Assembly: GCA_022801735.1 (NCBI GenBank)
Contig: JAAWSW010000002.1
Span: forward strand, 1-42,570
Direction of reading: 5' to 3'
DNA length: 42,570 nucleotides
Origin: Bacilli bacterium
GTDB lineage: Bacteria; Bacillota_I; Bacilli_A; RF39; UBA660
Position numbers and translations under genes: made by a program. Below, piece by piece: positions 9,709 through 19,286 of the stretch. How positions within the stretch are numbered: the first letter of the stretch is position 1; every line of letters starts with the position of its first letter. A model generated the notes under the pieces. It was not told the origin of the DNA. It did not search any database and saw only the letters and a list, made by a program, of their open reading frames with translations.

Positions 9709-10779
9709 ATGAATAAATTAGATGAAATATTAATATTACTAAAAGATTTAATAAATTATCCTGGGGTTTCTAAAGATAAAGAGGCTACAAATAAATTATT
9801 AGATCAAATAAAGGAAAGTATACCTGCTAACTTATTTGTTAAGAAACATGAATTTGATGGCTTTGGTTCTTTGGTTATTTCTAATACTCGGGATGATGAT
9901 TTTGATATAGTTTTTTGTACTCATATAGATGTTGTACCATGTGAAGAATATAAGTATACAGAAGATGAAAATAATGTTTATGGCCGTGGCGCGGTTGATA
10001 TGAAAGGTCAGGTAGCAGTCCTTCTAACTTTATTTAAACATTTGGATACTTCAAAAAAAGTTGCTTTATTTATTACTAGTGATGAGGAGATTGCTGGTAA
10101 CTGTGCGAAACAGTTAGTGGAAATATATCCGAATATTAAACTTGCTATTATACCTGATGGTGGAAAGGATTTTAATTTTATTTGTGAGGAGAAAGGTCAA
10201 CTTCAAATAAAATTGTCTGTTCAAACAAAATCTAGCCATGCTTCACAGCCTTATAATGGAGTGAATGCAATTACAACTTTGTATGATTGTTATTTGAAAT
10301 TATTAGAGAAATATCCACTTCCTAAGAGTTCAGATGATTATAAAACATCAGTTACTTTATCTAAATTGGTTGGTGGCGATGCTTTAAATCAAGTTCCTGG
10401 ATATGCTGAAATGTATTTAGATATTAGGAATGTGGCTGATGATAAGCATGATGATATTTTGGATTTGGTTAAGGAAATTAATTCTGAAATAAAAGTTGAT
10501 ATTGTAACAGCAGGTATTGCATTTACATCTGATATAGAAAACGAAAATATAAAAGAATATTTAAAGGCTTGTAAGGATGTTTTAGGTTATGATCCTAAGA
10601 TTGTTAAGACTGAGGCTACTTCGGATGCAATTTACTTTTGTGCGAAAAATATTCCAACTGCCCTTATGAATCCTATAGGTGATTATCCACACTGTCCAAA
10701 CGAATATGTAAATAAAAATTCATTATTAGATTTATATAAAATTTATGAAAAGATACTTAAAGAAGGAGTGATAAAATGA
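9709..10779 (+). CDS. M20-family metallopeptidase/deacylase (ArgE/DapE-like).
   Basis: Motifs HIDVVP, GRGAVDMKG and SDEEIAG. Confidence 0.85.
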   Translation: MNKLDEILILLKDLINYPGVSKDKEATNKLLDQIKESIPANLFVKKHEFDGFGSLVISNTRDDDFDIVFCTHIDVVPCEEYKYTEDENNVYGRGAVDMKGQVAVLLTLFKHLDTSKKVALFITSDEEIAGNCAKQLVEIYPNIKLAIIPDGGKDFNFICEEKGQLQIKLSVQTKSSHASQPYNGVNAITTLYDCYLKLLEKYPLPKSSDDYKTSVTLSKLVGGDALNQVPGYAEMYLDIRNVADDKHDDILDLVKEINSEIKVDIVTAGIAFTSDIENENIKEYLKACKDVLGYDPKIVKTEATSDAIYFCAKNIPTALMNPIGDYPHCPNEYVNKNSLLDLYKIYEKILKEGVIK

Positions 10780-11453
10780 TGAATGAATTATATAAAACAA
10801 TGAAACCAATATATTTAGAAGAAGGAGTTATTAAACCAATTGTTGAATTTGAAGAATTTTCAGATATAATTGAAGTTTTTACTGAACCACCATATGGTGA
10901 GCCTTTAACTTTAGAAGATAAACAAGAAGAATTTGCTGGATATGTGAATCATGGACTTGCTTTAGGATATTATAATTATGAAGGGGAAATTATGGGATAC
11001 ATTGGTCTTATGGACGAAGTTGAAGATGAGCATAAGGAATATTTTGATAAAAATATTGACCTGATAAAACCTTTATATGTGTATGGGGTAGCGACTAAAA
11101 GTAAATTCCGTGGTCATGGTATAGCAACTGTTTTAATTGATGTTGTTAATTCATATGCAGCAAGTAATGATATAGACTTTATTTACTGCAGAATAAACCA
11201 TAAAGATTCTATGTCTGAGGCTATTTTCCGTAAGAATGGATATACTGATTTATATCAAGATGGAGAAGTAGTATTCCAAGATATTTCTGATCAAGCATTT
11301 AGAATTAGTGAGAAAACAGATCCAGAAGGTAATTTAAAGAGATTTTTACTTACATCTATTACTGAAAAGGGTGAAGAATTCTTAACATTAACTGGTTCTA
11401 TGGCTGGTAAAGGAAGTCAAATTGAAGAAGAAAAAGTATTTGTGTTAAAATAA
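10776..11453 (+). CDS. GNAT-family N-acetyltransferase with a C-terminal extension.
   Basis: Motif A-like FRGHGIATVLID. ATGA overlap with the M20 gene. Confidence 0.7.
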   Translation: MMNELYKTMKPIYLEEGVIKPIVEFEEFSDIIEVFTEPPYGEPLTLEDKQEEFAGYVNHGLALGYYNYEGEIMGYIGLMDEVEDEHKEYFDKNIDLIKPLYVYGVATKSKFRGHGIATVLIDVVNSYAASNDIDFIYCRINHKDSMSEAIFRKNGYTDLYQDGEVVFQDISDQAFRISEKTDPEGNLKRFLLTSITEKGEEFLTLTGSMAGKGSQIEEEKVFVLK

Positions 11454-11460
11454 TAATTTG

Positions 11461-11490
11461 AAAAGAACTATTAAAGTCCTTTTTCTTTTG
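11461..11490 (+). terminator. Intrinsic terminator, and left copy of the imperfect direct repeat flanking the AbiE cassette.
   Basis: Stem aaaagaact / agtcctttt (one mismatch) plus a T-run. 25 of 30 nt are identical to 13020-13049. Confidence 0.65.
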
Positions 11491-11507
11491 CAGAAAAATA
11501 TAATAAA

Positions 11508-11536
11508 TTGACTTTTTTGAGGAATGATGTTATAAT
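11508..11536 (+). promoter_or_regulatory. SigA promoter of the abiE operon.
   Basis: TTGACT (11508-11513), 17 nt, TGtTATAAT (TATAAT at 11531-11536). Confidence 0.7.
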
Positions 11537-11553
11537 TTTCCTAGAAAAAGGAA

Positions 11554-12156
11554 ATGGTGTATATGAATAATTATGATAAAATTTTAAATTATGCTAGAAA
11601 GAATAACGGTTATATTACTACAAAAGAAGTAGAGACTTTAGGAATTAATAGGACATTTTTAACTAATTTAGTAAATAATAACAAAATTGAAAGAGTCGGA
11701 ACTGGTATTTATAAGTTATTTGAATATCCAATTGATAATTTTTACATTATGTCTACAAGTAGTAAAAATATGTGTTATTCTTATGCTACAGCTTTATATT
11801 TACATAATTTATCTGACCGAATTCCTCTTGTTTATGATGTTACAGTTTTATATAACTATAGTGGCAATTTATTAAATAAAGATAATGTTTTATTAAGATA
11901 TGTTAGTGAAGATGTTTTTGAACTTGGTATGACTGATGTAAAAACAGTTAATGATTTAACTGTTAAGTGTTATGATGTAGAGAGAACACTTTGTGATATT
12001 ATAAAGGATAAGGATCGTATGGATAGAGAAATATATTCAAAAGCATTAAAAGAGTATGCTAGAAGTAAGAACAAAGATCTTTTAAAATTGGTAAAATATG
12101 CTAAAAGACTAAATATTGAAAAAGAGGTTGTGGAATTGATGGAGGTGTTATTATAG
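11554..12156 (+). CDS. AbiEi-family type IV antitoxin/transcriptional regulator.
   Basis: N-terminal wHTH GYITTKEVETLGINRTFLTNLVNNNKIERVGTGIYKL is typical of AbiEi_4. The gene sits directly upstream of, and abuts, an AbiEii gene. The start could instead be 11563. Confidence 0.8.
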   Translation: MVYMNNYDKILNYARKNNGYITTKEVETLGINRTFLTNLVNNNKIERVGTGIYKLFEYPIDNFYIMSTSSKNMCYSYATALYLHNLSDRIPLVYDVTVLYNYSGNLLNKDNVLLRYVSEDVFELGMTDVKTVNDLTVKCYDVERTLCDIIKDKDRMDREIYSKALKEYARSKNKDLLKLVKYAKRLNIEKEVVELMEVLL

Positions 12157-13008
12157 ATGAATAGTGATAAATTAAATGCTATTATTAAGAAAAAGACTAA
12201 TGGTAACAATAATCTATCACTTCATTTTCATCAAATGTTTTTCTTTGAGCATGTATTAATGAGACTTGAAAAAAGTCAGTATAGAAATAACATTATTTTA
12301 AAGGGTGGAGTTTTACTTTCATCTATAATTGGAGAAGATTTAAGAACTACCAAAGATATCGATGCTACTTTAAAAAGTGTACCTTTAAATATGGATTCTA
12401 TTAGAGGTATTTTTGAGGAAATATTATCTATTGATATAGGTGACAATGTTAATTTTGAAATTACTAACATCAAAGATATTAGGTTAGAAAATGAATATGG
12501 TGGATTTAGATTAAATATAGAAGGTACTTTTTATAATATTAGAACTAATTTTTTTCTCGAAGTAACTACTGGAGATGTTATTACACCTAGGGAAATAAAA
12601 TATCAATATAATTCAATATTTGAAAATAAAAAAATTAATATTATGGCTTATACGATAGAAACAATCATTGCAGAGAAATTTGAAAGTATTATTAGTAAGA
12701 ATATATCTACTACAAGGGCAAAGGACTTTTATGATTTATATATGTTAATGAGCAATCATAAAAATGAATTTAATAATAAAAATTTATTTAAGGCAATAGA
12801 AAATACATTTAATAGAAGAGGCACAAAGTTTGATATAAATCGTTTTAAAGAAACAATAGAATTGTTGGAAGATAGCACTATTTTAAAAAATATTTATATA
12901 GAATATCAAAGAAAATTAGAGTATACTAAACAAGTAAAATTTGAACAGACAATTAAATCATTAAAAGAAATTGCAAATATATTAGAAGATAATTTTGTAA
13001 TGTCTTAA
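12157..13008 (+). CDS. AbiEii/AbiGii-family nucleotidyltransferase toxin.
   Basis: NTase motifs LKGGVLLSS and RTTKDIDATL. C-terminal RAKDFYDLY. Confidence 0.85.
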   Translation: MNSDKLNAIIKKKTNGNNNLSLHFHQMFFFEHVLMRLEKSQYRNNIILKGGVLLSSIIGEDLRTTKDIDATLKSVPLNMDSIRGIFEEILSIDIGDNVNFEITNIKDIRLENEYGGFRLNIEGTFYNIRTNFFLEVTTGDVITPREIKYQYNSIFENKKINIMAYTIETIIAEKFESIISKNISTTRAKDFYDLYMLMSNHKNEFNNKNLFKAIENTFNRRGTKFDINRFKETIELLEDSTILKNIYIEYQRKLEYTKQVKFEQTIKSLKEIANILEDNFVMS

Positions 13009-13019
13009 TAATTGTATTT

Positions 13020-13049
13020 AAAGGAACTAATAAAGTTCTTTTTTCTTTG
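13020..13049 (+). terminator. Intrinsic terminator, and right copy of the AbiE-flanking repeat.
   Basis: A 9-bp stem (aaaggaact / agttctttt, one G-U pair) plus a T-run. The preceding taataatt also matches the context at 11451-11458. Confidence 0.75.
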
Positions 13050-13083
13050 TCTAAATTTTATGGTTTGTACATATACTTAACTG

Positions 13084-15000
13084 GTGATGCCGCATATGTT
13101 TTTTAAAAATATACATAGTAGGATGAAGGTTGTATTATTTGGTGTTATTATTTTATTTGTGGTTATTATTGGTAAAGTATTTTATATTCAAGTTATCGAC
13201 TATGATAAACTTAATAAATTTGCGTCTAATTTGTGGAGTCGTAATTTACCAGTTAAGGCTGATAGAGGAATTATATATGATAGGGATGGGGGAATTTTAG
13301 CCGATAATATTACGACAACATCTTTAGTGGTTATTCCTAATCAAATTAAGGATAAAGATGAAGTGGCTAAAAAATTATCTTCTATATTACATGTTAGTTA
13401 TAAGGAAATTTATCGTCATATAACTAAGAGAACTTCTATAGAAAGAGTCCATCCAGAAGGAAGAAGATTATCGTATGAGGTTGCTGATAAAATTAGAAAT
13501 TTAAAATTGGATGGGGTTTATTTAGTTAAGGAATCACAAAGATATTATCCATTTGATACTTATATGTCTCATACTTTAGGGTATGTTGGTATTGATAATC
13601 AAGGGCTTAGTGGACTGGAACTTATGTATGATAAATATTTAACGGGTAAAGATGGGGCAATTAAATATTATAGTGATGCTAAAGGTAATAAACTTGATTT
13701 GAGTGAAATTTACGAAAAACCACAAAATGGTATGAATTTAACTTTAACGATTAATAAAGATATTCAGGCTTCGGTTGAAAGGGAACTTGATAATGCTGTT
13801 ACTAAATATAAGCCAGATATGGCCATCGCTTTAGTTATGGACCCTAATAGTGGGGAGATTTTAGCAATGTCTTCAAGACCTAATTTTTCTTCTAATAATT
13901 ATCAAAAGTATACTACTGAAGAGATAAATCGAAATTTACCTATATGGGCAACTTATGAACCTGGAAGTACTTTTAAAATTATTACACTTGCAGCGGCTTT
14001 GGAAGAGGGGAAGATTGATTTAGAAAAGGATACTTATAATGATAGTGGAAGTATTAAGGTTGAAAATGCAAATTTACACTGCTGGAAACATGGTGGTCAT
14101 GGTCATGAAACTTTTTTAGAGGTTGTAGAAAATTCATGTAACCCTGGATTTGTTGTCCTTGGACAGAAACTGGGGAAGGCTAAATTATTTGATTATATTA
14201 AGAAATTTGGTTTTGGTAGTAAAACTGGTGTTGATTTAAATGGTGAAAGTTCGGGTATCTTATTTAATTTAAGTAAAGTTGGTCCTGTAGAACTGGCAAC
14301 AACGGCGTTTGGTCAAGGTGTTTCAGTGACTCCTATTCAGCAAGTAACAGCAGTATCAGCGGCTATTAATGGTGGTATTTTATATAAGCCTTATATTGTT
14401 AAAAGTATAAATGAGCCTGAAACTAATACTGTTATTAAAGAGAATAAAAAGACTGTAGTTCGTAAGGTTATTAGTGAAGAAACTAGTAAAAAGGTTAGAT
14501 ATGCACTTGAAAGTGTTGTATCTAATGGAACTGGAAGAACTGCTTATATTGATGGTTATAGGGTAGGTGGAAAAACGGGAACTGCTCAGAAGGTTAAGGA
14601 CGGCCATTATTTGGATAATAATTATATTTTATCTTTTGTGGGCTTTTTACCAGCTGATGATCCAAAGGTAGTGGTGTATTTTGCGATTGATAATCCTAAA
14701 GGAGTTCAGCAATTTGGAGGAGTTATAGCGGGACCTCCTGCTAAGGCAATTTTAACCGATTCGATTAAGGCACTTAATATTGCTAAGCCTAGTGGTGGAA
14801 TGGAAAAAGAGTATCAATATACTGATAAGAAATATAAAAATGTTCCAGATGTTGTTGGACTTGATAAGAGTGAGGCAGTTAAAAAACTTAAGAATTTTAA
14901 GGTTGATGTAGAAGGCTCTGGAAATTCTGTTGCATATCAATCTCCAGAGGCTGGCTCTAGAATTTATGAGGGTGAAACTGTAAGAATATTTACTAATTAA
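13084..15000 (+). CDS. pbpB: Class B penicillin-binding protein (division transpeptidase) with a C-terminal PASTA domain.
   Basis: N-terminal TM segment. Motifs STFK, SCN and KTGT. The PASTA-like tail is VPDVVGLDKSEAVKKL. The start is ambiguous (GTG 13084, ATG 13087 or ATG 13096). Confidence 0.92.
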   Translation: MMPHMFFKNIHSRMKVVLFGVIILFVVIIGKVFYIQVIDYDKLNKFASNLWSRNLPVKADRGIIYDRDGGILADNITTTSLVVIPNQIKDKDEVAKKLSSILHVSYKEIYRHITKRTSIERVHPEGRRLSYEVADKIRNLKLDGVYLVKESQRYYPFDTYMSHTLGYVGIDNQGLSGLELMYDKYLTGKDGAIKYYSDAKGNKLDLSEIYEKPQNGMNLTLTINKDIQASVERELDNAVTKYKPDMAIALVMDPNSGEILAMSSRPNFSSNNYQKYTTEEINRNLPIWATYEPGSTFKIITLAAALEEGKIDLEKDTYNDSGSIKVENANLHCWKHGGHGHETFLEVVENSCNPGFVVLGQKLGKAKLFDYIKKFGFGSKTGVDLNGESSGILFNLSKVGPVELATTAFGQGVSVTPIQQVTAVSAAINGGILYKPYIVKSINEPETNTVIKENKKTVVRKVISEETSKKVRYALESVVSNGTGRTAYIDGYRVGGKTGTAQKVKDGHYLDNNYILSFVGFLPADDPKVVVYFAIDNPKGVQQFGGVIAGPPAKAILTDSIKALNIAKPSGGMEKEYQYTDKKYKNVPDVVGLDKSEAVKKLKNFKVDVEGSGNSVAYQSPEAGSRIYEGETVRIFTN

Positions 15001-15013
15001 AGGAGGAATTAAT

Positions 15014-16000
15014 ATGGTTACTAAAGCACTTATGGCAATGATGATTGGTTTTATCTTTTCTGTACTTTTAGCAATTATTTTGATTCCAATTTTAAAAAAG
15101 TTACATGCTGGTCAAAATATTAGTGTGTATCTTCGAAATACACATAGTTCTAAACAAGGTACTCCAACGATGGGGGGACTTATATTTGTAATTCCAACTT
15201 TGTTTGTGGTAATGCTTTTAATTTATTTGGATAAAATTCACTTTAGTTATACTTTGTTAATTATTTTATTTACGTTTGTGAGTTATACTTTAATTGGTTT
15301 TATTGATGATTATTTAATCGTCAAAAAACATGATAATAAGGGGCTTAGTGTGGCTACTAAACTTTTACTTCAGACGGTTGTTGCAATTATATTTTTCTAT
15401 TTATTTATGAAGGGTGGAAATGAACCATTACTTTGGATTCATTCTTTGCATTTTAAGCTTGATATTGGATTCTTTTATGGTTTATTTATATTATTTGTTT
15501 TGGTGGCATCTAGTAATGCGGTTAATTTAACTGATGGTTTAGATGGTCTTGCTGGAGGATTATCGGCTATTTGTTTTGTTACTTTTGGAATTATTTCTTT
15601 TGCATCTGGTTGGCTTAGCGGTTATGAAGATATTGCGATTATGGCGTTTGTGCTGGTGGGTTCTTTACTTGGTTTTTTGGTATTTAATGTTAATCCAGCG
15701 AAAGTATTTATGGGGGATACTGGTTCACTTGCTTTAGGGGCAACTTTAGGTGCATATGCAATAATGACACGTCATGAGGTTTTACTTGTTCTTATTGGTT
15801 TTGTTTTTGTTATAGAGACTTTGAGTTGTATTATTCAAGTTGTTTATTATAAATTTACACGTAAAAGATTTTTTCCAATGACTCCTATACATCATACTTT
15901 TGAAAAACTTGGGATGAATGAAAAAAGTATTGTTAAATTATTTTGGTTTATTGGTATGATTTTTGCTTTAATATCACTATTTTATGGGGTGATATTATGA
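15014..16000 (+). CDS. mraY: Phospho-N-acetylmuramoyl-pentapeptide transferase.
   Basis: Motifs NAVNLTDGLDGLA and MGDTGSLALG, with 10 TM-like segments. Confidence 0.97.
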   Translation: MVTKALMAMMIGFIFSVLLAIILIPILKKLHAGQNISVYLRNTHSSKQGTPTMGGLIFVIPTLFVVMLLIYLDKIHFSYTLLIILFTFVSYTLIGFIDDYLIVKKHDNKGLSVATKLLLQTVVAIIFFYLFMKGGNEPLLWIHSLHFKLDIGFFYGLFILFVLVASSNAVNLTDGLDGLAGGLSAICFVTFGIISFASGWLSGYEDIAIMAFVLVGSLLGFLVFNVNPAKVFMGDTGSLALGATLGAYAIMTRHEVLLVLIGFVFVIETLSCIIQVVYYKFTRKRFFPMTPIHHTFEKLGMNEKSIVKLFWFIGMIFALISLFYGVIL

Positions 16001-17076
16001 GAAAGATGAATATTACTTTAGTTATTGCGGTTACAGTGTTATCTTTGTTTGGACTTCTTATGGTTTATTCTTCTTCTTATGTATGGGCTGAATATAAATT
16101 TGATGATGCTTTTAAGTATGTTAAGAATCAAGGTATGTTTTTGATATTGGGTTTGATTTTAATGTTTGCTGTTAGTAAAGTTCATTTTGAAAAGTATTAT
16201 AAGTATTCTAATAAGATTTTTCTAGTGTGTTTTATTTTACTTGTTTTAGTTTTATTTGTTGGGACTGAAAGAAATGGTAGTAAGAGTTGGTTTGGTATTG
16301 GTTCTTTTGGTATTCAGCCATCTGAGTTTATGAAACTTGCTATGATTATTTTTACTAGTAAGTATTTATATAATAATAGGAAAGATATTAATAATATTAA
16401 GAAGGGTGTCATTCCTATTTTAGGACTTACTTTGGTTGTGTTTGCTTTAATTATGTTACAACCAGATTTTGGTACTGGACTTATTTTAGTTATGGGGATT
16501 ATTGGTTTATTATTTGTTGGTGGAGTTGATTTGAAGTTTTTCCTAAAAATTGGTCTAGTGGGAGTAGGAGGAATTGTGGCCTTAATAGCCGCTGCACCTT
16601 ATAGACTTAAACGTATTTTATCGTTTTTGAATCCTTGGGAAGATCCTTTGGGTAGTGGATTTCAAATTATTCAGTCTTTATATGCGATTGGTCCAGGGGG
16701 ATTATTTGGTTTTGGTTTAGGTGGCTCTAGACAAAAACATTTTTATCTTCCAGAGCCGCAAACAGATTTTATATTTTCAATCATTAGTGAGGAATTTGGG
16801 TTTGTTGGTATTTTAATTGTGGCGTCTTTATTTATTACAATAATTGCGCTTGGAATAAAGATTGCTTTAAAGTGTGAGAATTTATTTGGGAAGTATTTGG
16901 CTTTCGGAATTATTTTTGAACTTGGTTTTCAGGCCCTTTTAAATTTAATGGTTGTTGTTGGTTTAATTCCTGTAACTGGTGTAACACTTCCTTTTCTTTC
17001 TTATGGGGGATCTAGTTTGATGATTACATTAATGAGTATTGGAATTATTTTGAATATATCAAGACATCAGAAATGA
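15997..17076 (+). CDS. ftsW: SEDS-family peptidoglycan glycosyltransferase (FtsW/SpoVE type).
   Basis: Motifs QPSEFMK, QPDFGT and LPFLSYGGSS. Start re-called to MRKMN (ATGA overlap with the mraY stop, GGGGTGA SD). Confidence 0.88.
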   Translation: MRKMNITLVIAVTVLSLFGLLMVYSSSYVWAEYKFDDAFKYVKNQGMFLILGLILMFAVSKVHFEKYYKYSNKIFLVCFILLVLVLFVGTERNGSKSWFGIGSFGIQPSEFMKLAMIIFTSKYLYNNRKDINNIKKGVIPILGLTLVVFALIMLQPDFGTGLILVMGIIGLLFVGGVDLKFFLKIGLVGVGGIVALIAAAPYRLKRILSFLNPWEDPLGSGFQIIQSLYAIGPGGLFGFGLGGSRQKHFYLPEPQTDFIFSIISEEFGFVGILIVASLFITIIALGIKIALKCENLFGKYLAFGIIFELGFQALLNLMVVVGLIPVTGVTLPFLSYGGSSLMITLMSIGIILNISRHQK

Positions 17077-17090
17077 TGTTTTTTTCTTTT
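17064..17090 (+). terminator. Intrinsic terminator overlapping the ftsW stop codon.
   Basis: A 6-bp stem (acatca / tgatgt) with a GAAA loop, followed by a long T-run. Confidence 0.55.
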
Positions 17091-17155
17091 TCTTGCAGGA
17101 ATTTGGTACATGAATATCGTATATTATATGTAGGGGTAATTTAGAAAGGATAATT

Positions 17156-18055
17156 ATGAATGAATTAGAAATTTTAGATGATATAAAAATAGAAAATATG
17201 ATATATGAAATTAGGGGCAAACAGGTGATGCTTGATAGTGATTTGGCAAAACTTTATAAGTGTAAAAATGGAACTAAGGAAATAAATCAAGCAGTTAAAA
17301 ATAATGTCGAGAAATTTCCTGAACGTTTTTCATGGATTTTAACGGACAAAGAATATGAGAACTTGAGGTCAATTTTTTTGACCTCAAGTTCGAAAAATAA
17401 TTATGGTGGTAGAAGATATAAACCAAGAGTTTTTACTGAACAAGGAGTGGCTATGCTTGCAACTGTTTTAAAATCTAAAACTGCTACAAAGGTCAGTATA
17501 GCAATTATGGACGCTTTTGTAATTATGAGAAAATATATTTCTAATAGTTTATTAGAACAAAAATATATAAATGATTTAGTATTACAAAATACAGAAGATA
17601 TAAAATTATTAAAACAATCCTTTTCAAAGTTTGAAGAATTATCAAATGAAATATATTTTGATGGACAAATTTATGATGCCTATTCTAAAATAAAAGATAT
17701 TTTAAGTATGGCTAAAAAGGAATTAATAATTATAGATGCTTATGCAGATAAGGTGGTACTTGATATGATTAAAGATCTTTCAGTTAAAGTAACTTTAATT
17801 GTTAAAAATAAAAGTTTATTAACTAAAACTGATATTAATAAATATAATAGTCAGTATAGTAATTTAAATATTATTTATGACGATTCTTTTTATGATAGAT
17901 ATTTTATAATTGATAATGATATTATTTATCACTGCGGAGCATCTATTAATCATGCTGGTAGTAAAACTTTTTCTATTAATAAATTAGAAGATGAAATTGT
18001 AAAGAAATCTTTAATAAATAAAATTGGCGATACTATTTATAATTTTAAAAAATAA
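17156..18055 (+). CDS. ORF6N (KilA-N-related) DNA-binding domain protein with a C-terminal PLD-like degenerate module.
   Basis: IRGKQVMLDSDLAKLY...FPERF...FTEQGVAMLATVLKS is the ORF6N signature. The C-terminal half contains IIIDAYAD and FYDRYFIIDNDIIYHCGASINHAGSK. Confidence 0.8.
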   Translation: MNELEILDDIKIENMIYEIRGKQVMLDSDLAKLYKCKNGTKEINQAVKNNVEKFPERFSWILTDKEYENLRSIFLTSSSKNNYGGRRYKPRVFTEQGVAMLATVLKSKTATKVSIAIMDAFVIMRKYISNSLLEQKYINDLVLQNTEDIKLLKQSFSKFEELSNEIYFDGQIYDAYSKIKDILSMAKKELIIIDAYADKVVLDMIKDLSVKVTLIVKNKSLLTKTDINKYNSQYSNLNIIYDDSFYDRYFIIDNDIIYHCGASINHAGSKTFSINKLEDEIVKKSLINKIGDTIYNFKK

Positions 18056-18086
18056 TATGTTATAATGAGTTTGAGGTGTTTGCATT

Positions 18087-19286
18087 ATGCAGAAGGTAGT
18101 TGTAATTGGTGGGGGTGCGTCTGGTTTGGCTGCAGCTATATATGCGGCTAAATCTGGTAATGAAGTTACTTTGTTAGAAAGAAATAGTAGTGTAGGTAAA
18201 AAAATATTAATTACAGGAAATGGAAGATGTAATTATTTTAATGTTGATCAAAGTTTAAGGCATTATCATTCTAGTTGTCCTTCTTCTTTGTCTGAAATAA
18301 TTACTGATAATAATTTAAGATTAATATTAGATTTTTTTGATAGTATAGGTATTGTACCTAAAATAAAAAATGGTTATTATTATCCTAATTCTAATCAGGC
18401 AGTTAGTGTTAAGGAAACATTACTTTTTGAGTGTGAATTATTAGGGGTTAATGTTGTTAATGATGTTTTTGTAAGTAGTATAATAAAACATGAAAATAAG
18501 TTTATTATTAATGGAAATATAGAGGCGGATAAAGTTGTTTTGGCAACAGGTTCTATGGCTTTGCCTAAGACTGGTTCAGATGGTAATGGTTATGCTTTGG
18601 CATCATCTTTTGGACATACTATTATTAAACCGCTTCCTGCTTTGGTTCAACTTATAGGTGATGGTAAGTTTTTGAAGAATTGGAATGGGATTAGGTGTGA
18701 TGTTAAGGCTTGTTTATGTGAAGATGGAAAAGTTGTTTTGGAGGAAACTGGTGAGATTCAATTAACTGATTATGGTGCTTCAGGAATATGTATTTTTAAT
18801 TTGAGTGGAAGATGCGCTAGAGGAATTGATGAAAATAAGAAAGAAGAAATTATTATTAATTTTCTTCCTGATGTTTTAGATTTTATATCATTTATGGAAA
18901 TGCGAAATAAAAAGGTTAGAGGCAGAAATTTGGGTAAACTTTTTGATGGTTTACTTAATTATAAGTTAGTAAATGTTTTACTTGATGTTGCCAGCGTTTC
19001 AAAAGATAAAATGTATGATGAGTTATCTGATTTGGAAAAAGATAAATTAAGAGATGTGATATGTGAATTTAGATTAAAGGTTAGAGGCACTAAAACTTTT
19101 GATAATGCACAGGTATGTAGTGGTGGTATTCCTTTAAATGAGGTTAATTCTTTAACTATGGAATCTAAAAAGTGCGAAAATTTGTATTTAACTGGTGAAT
19201 TATTAGATGTAGATGGTAATTGTGGGGGTTATAATTTAACTTTTGCTTTTGTTAGTGGGATGCTTGCTGGAAAGGATTTAAAATGA
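18087..19286 (+). CDS. HI0933/BaiN-like FAD-dependent oxidoreductase.
   Basis: VVIGGGASGLAAA dinucleotide fold and ITGNGRCNYFN. Confidence 0.85.
   Translation: MQKVVVIGGGASGLAAAIYAAKSGNEVTLLERNSSVGKKILITGNGRCNYFNVDQSLRHYHSSCPSSLSEIITDNNLRLILDFFDSIGIVPKIKNGYYYPNSNQAVSVKETLLFECELLGVNVVNDVFVSSIIKHENKFIINGNIEADKVVLATGSMALPKTGSDGNGYALASSFGHTIIKPLPALVQLIGDGKFLKNWNGIRCDVKACLCEDGKVVLEETGEIQLTDYGASGICIFNLSGRCARGIDENKKEEIIINFLPDVLDFISFMEMRNKKVRGRNLGKLFDGLLNYKLVNVLLDVASVSKDKMYDELSDLEKDKLRDVICEFRLKVRGTKTFDNAQVCSGGIPLNEVNSLTMESKKCENLYLTGELLDVDGNCGGYNLTFAFVSGMLAGKDLK

Noticed and set aside
11687-11875. Out-of-frame sense ORFs inside abiEi (11687-11875), mraY (15543-15737) and uvrA (34458-34649).
   Set aside because: They are embedded in well-supported CDSs in another frame, with no independent signals.
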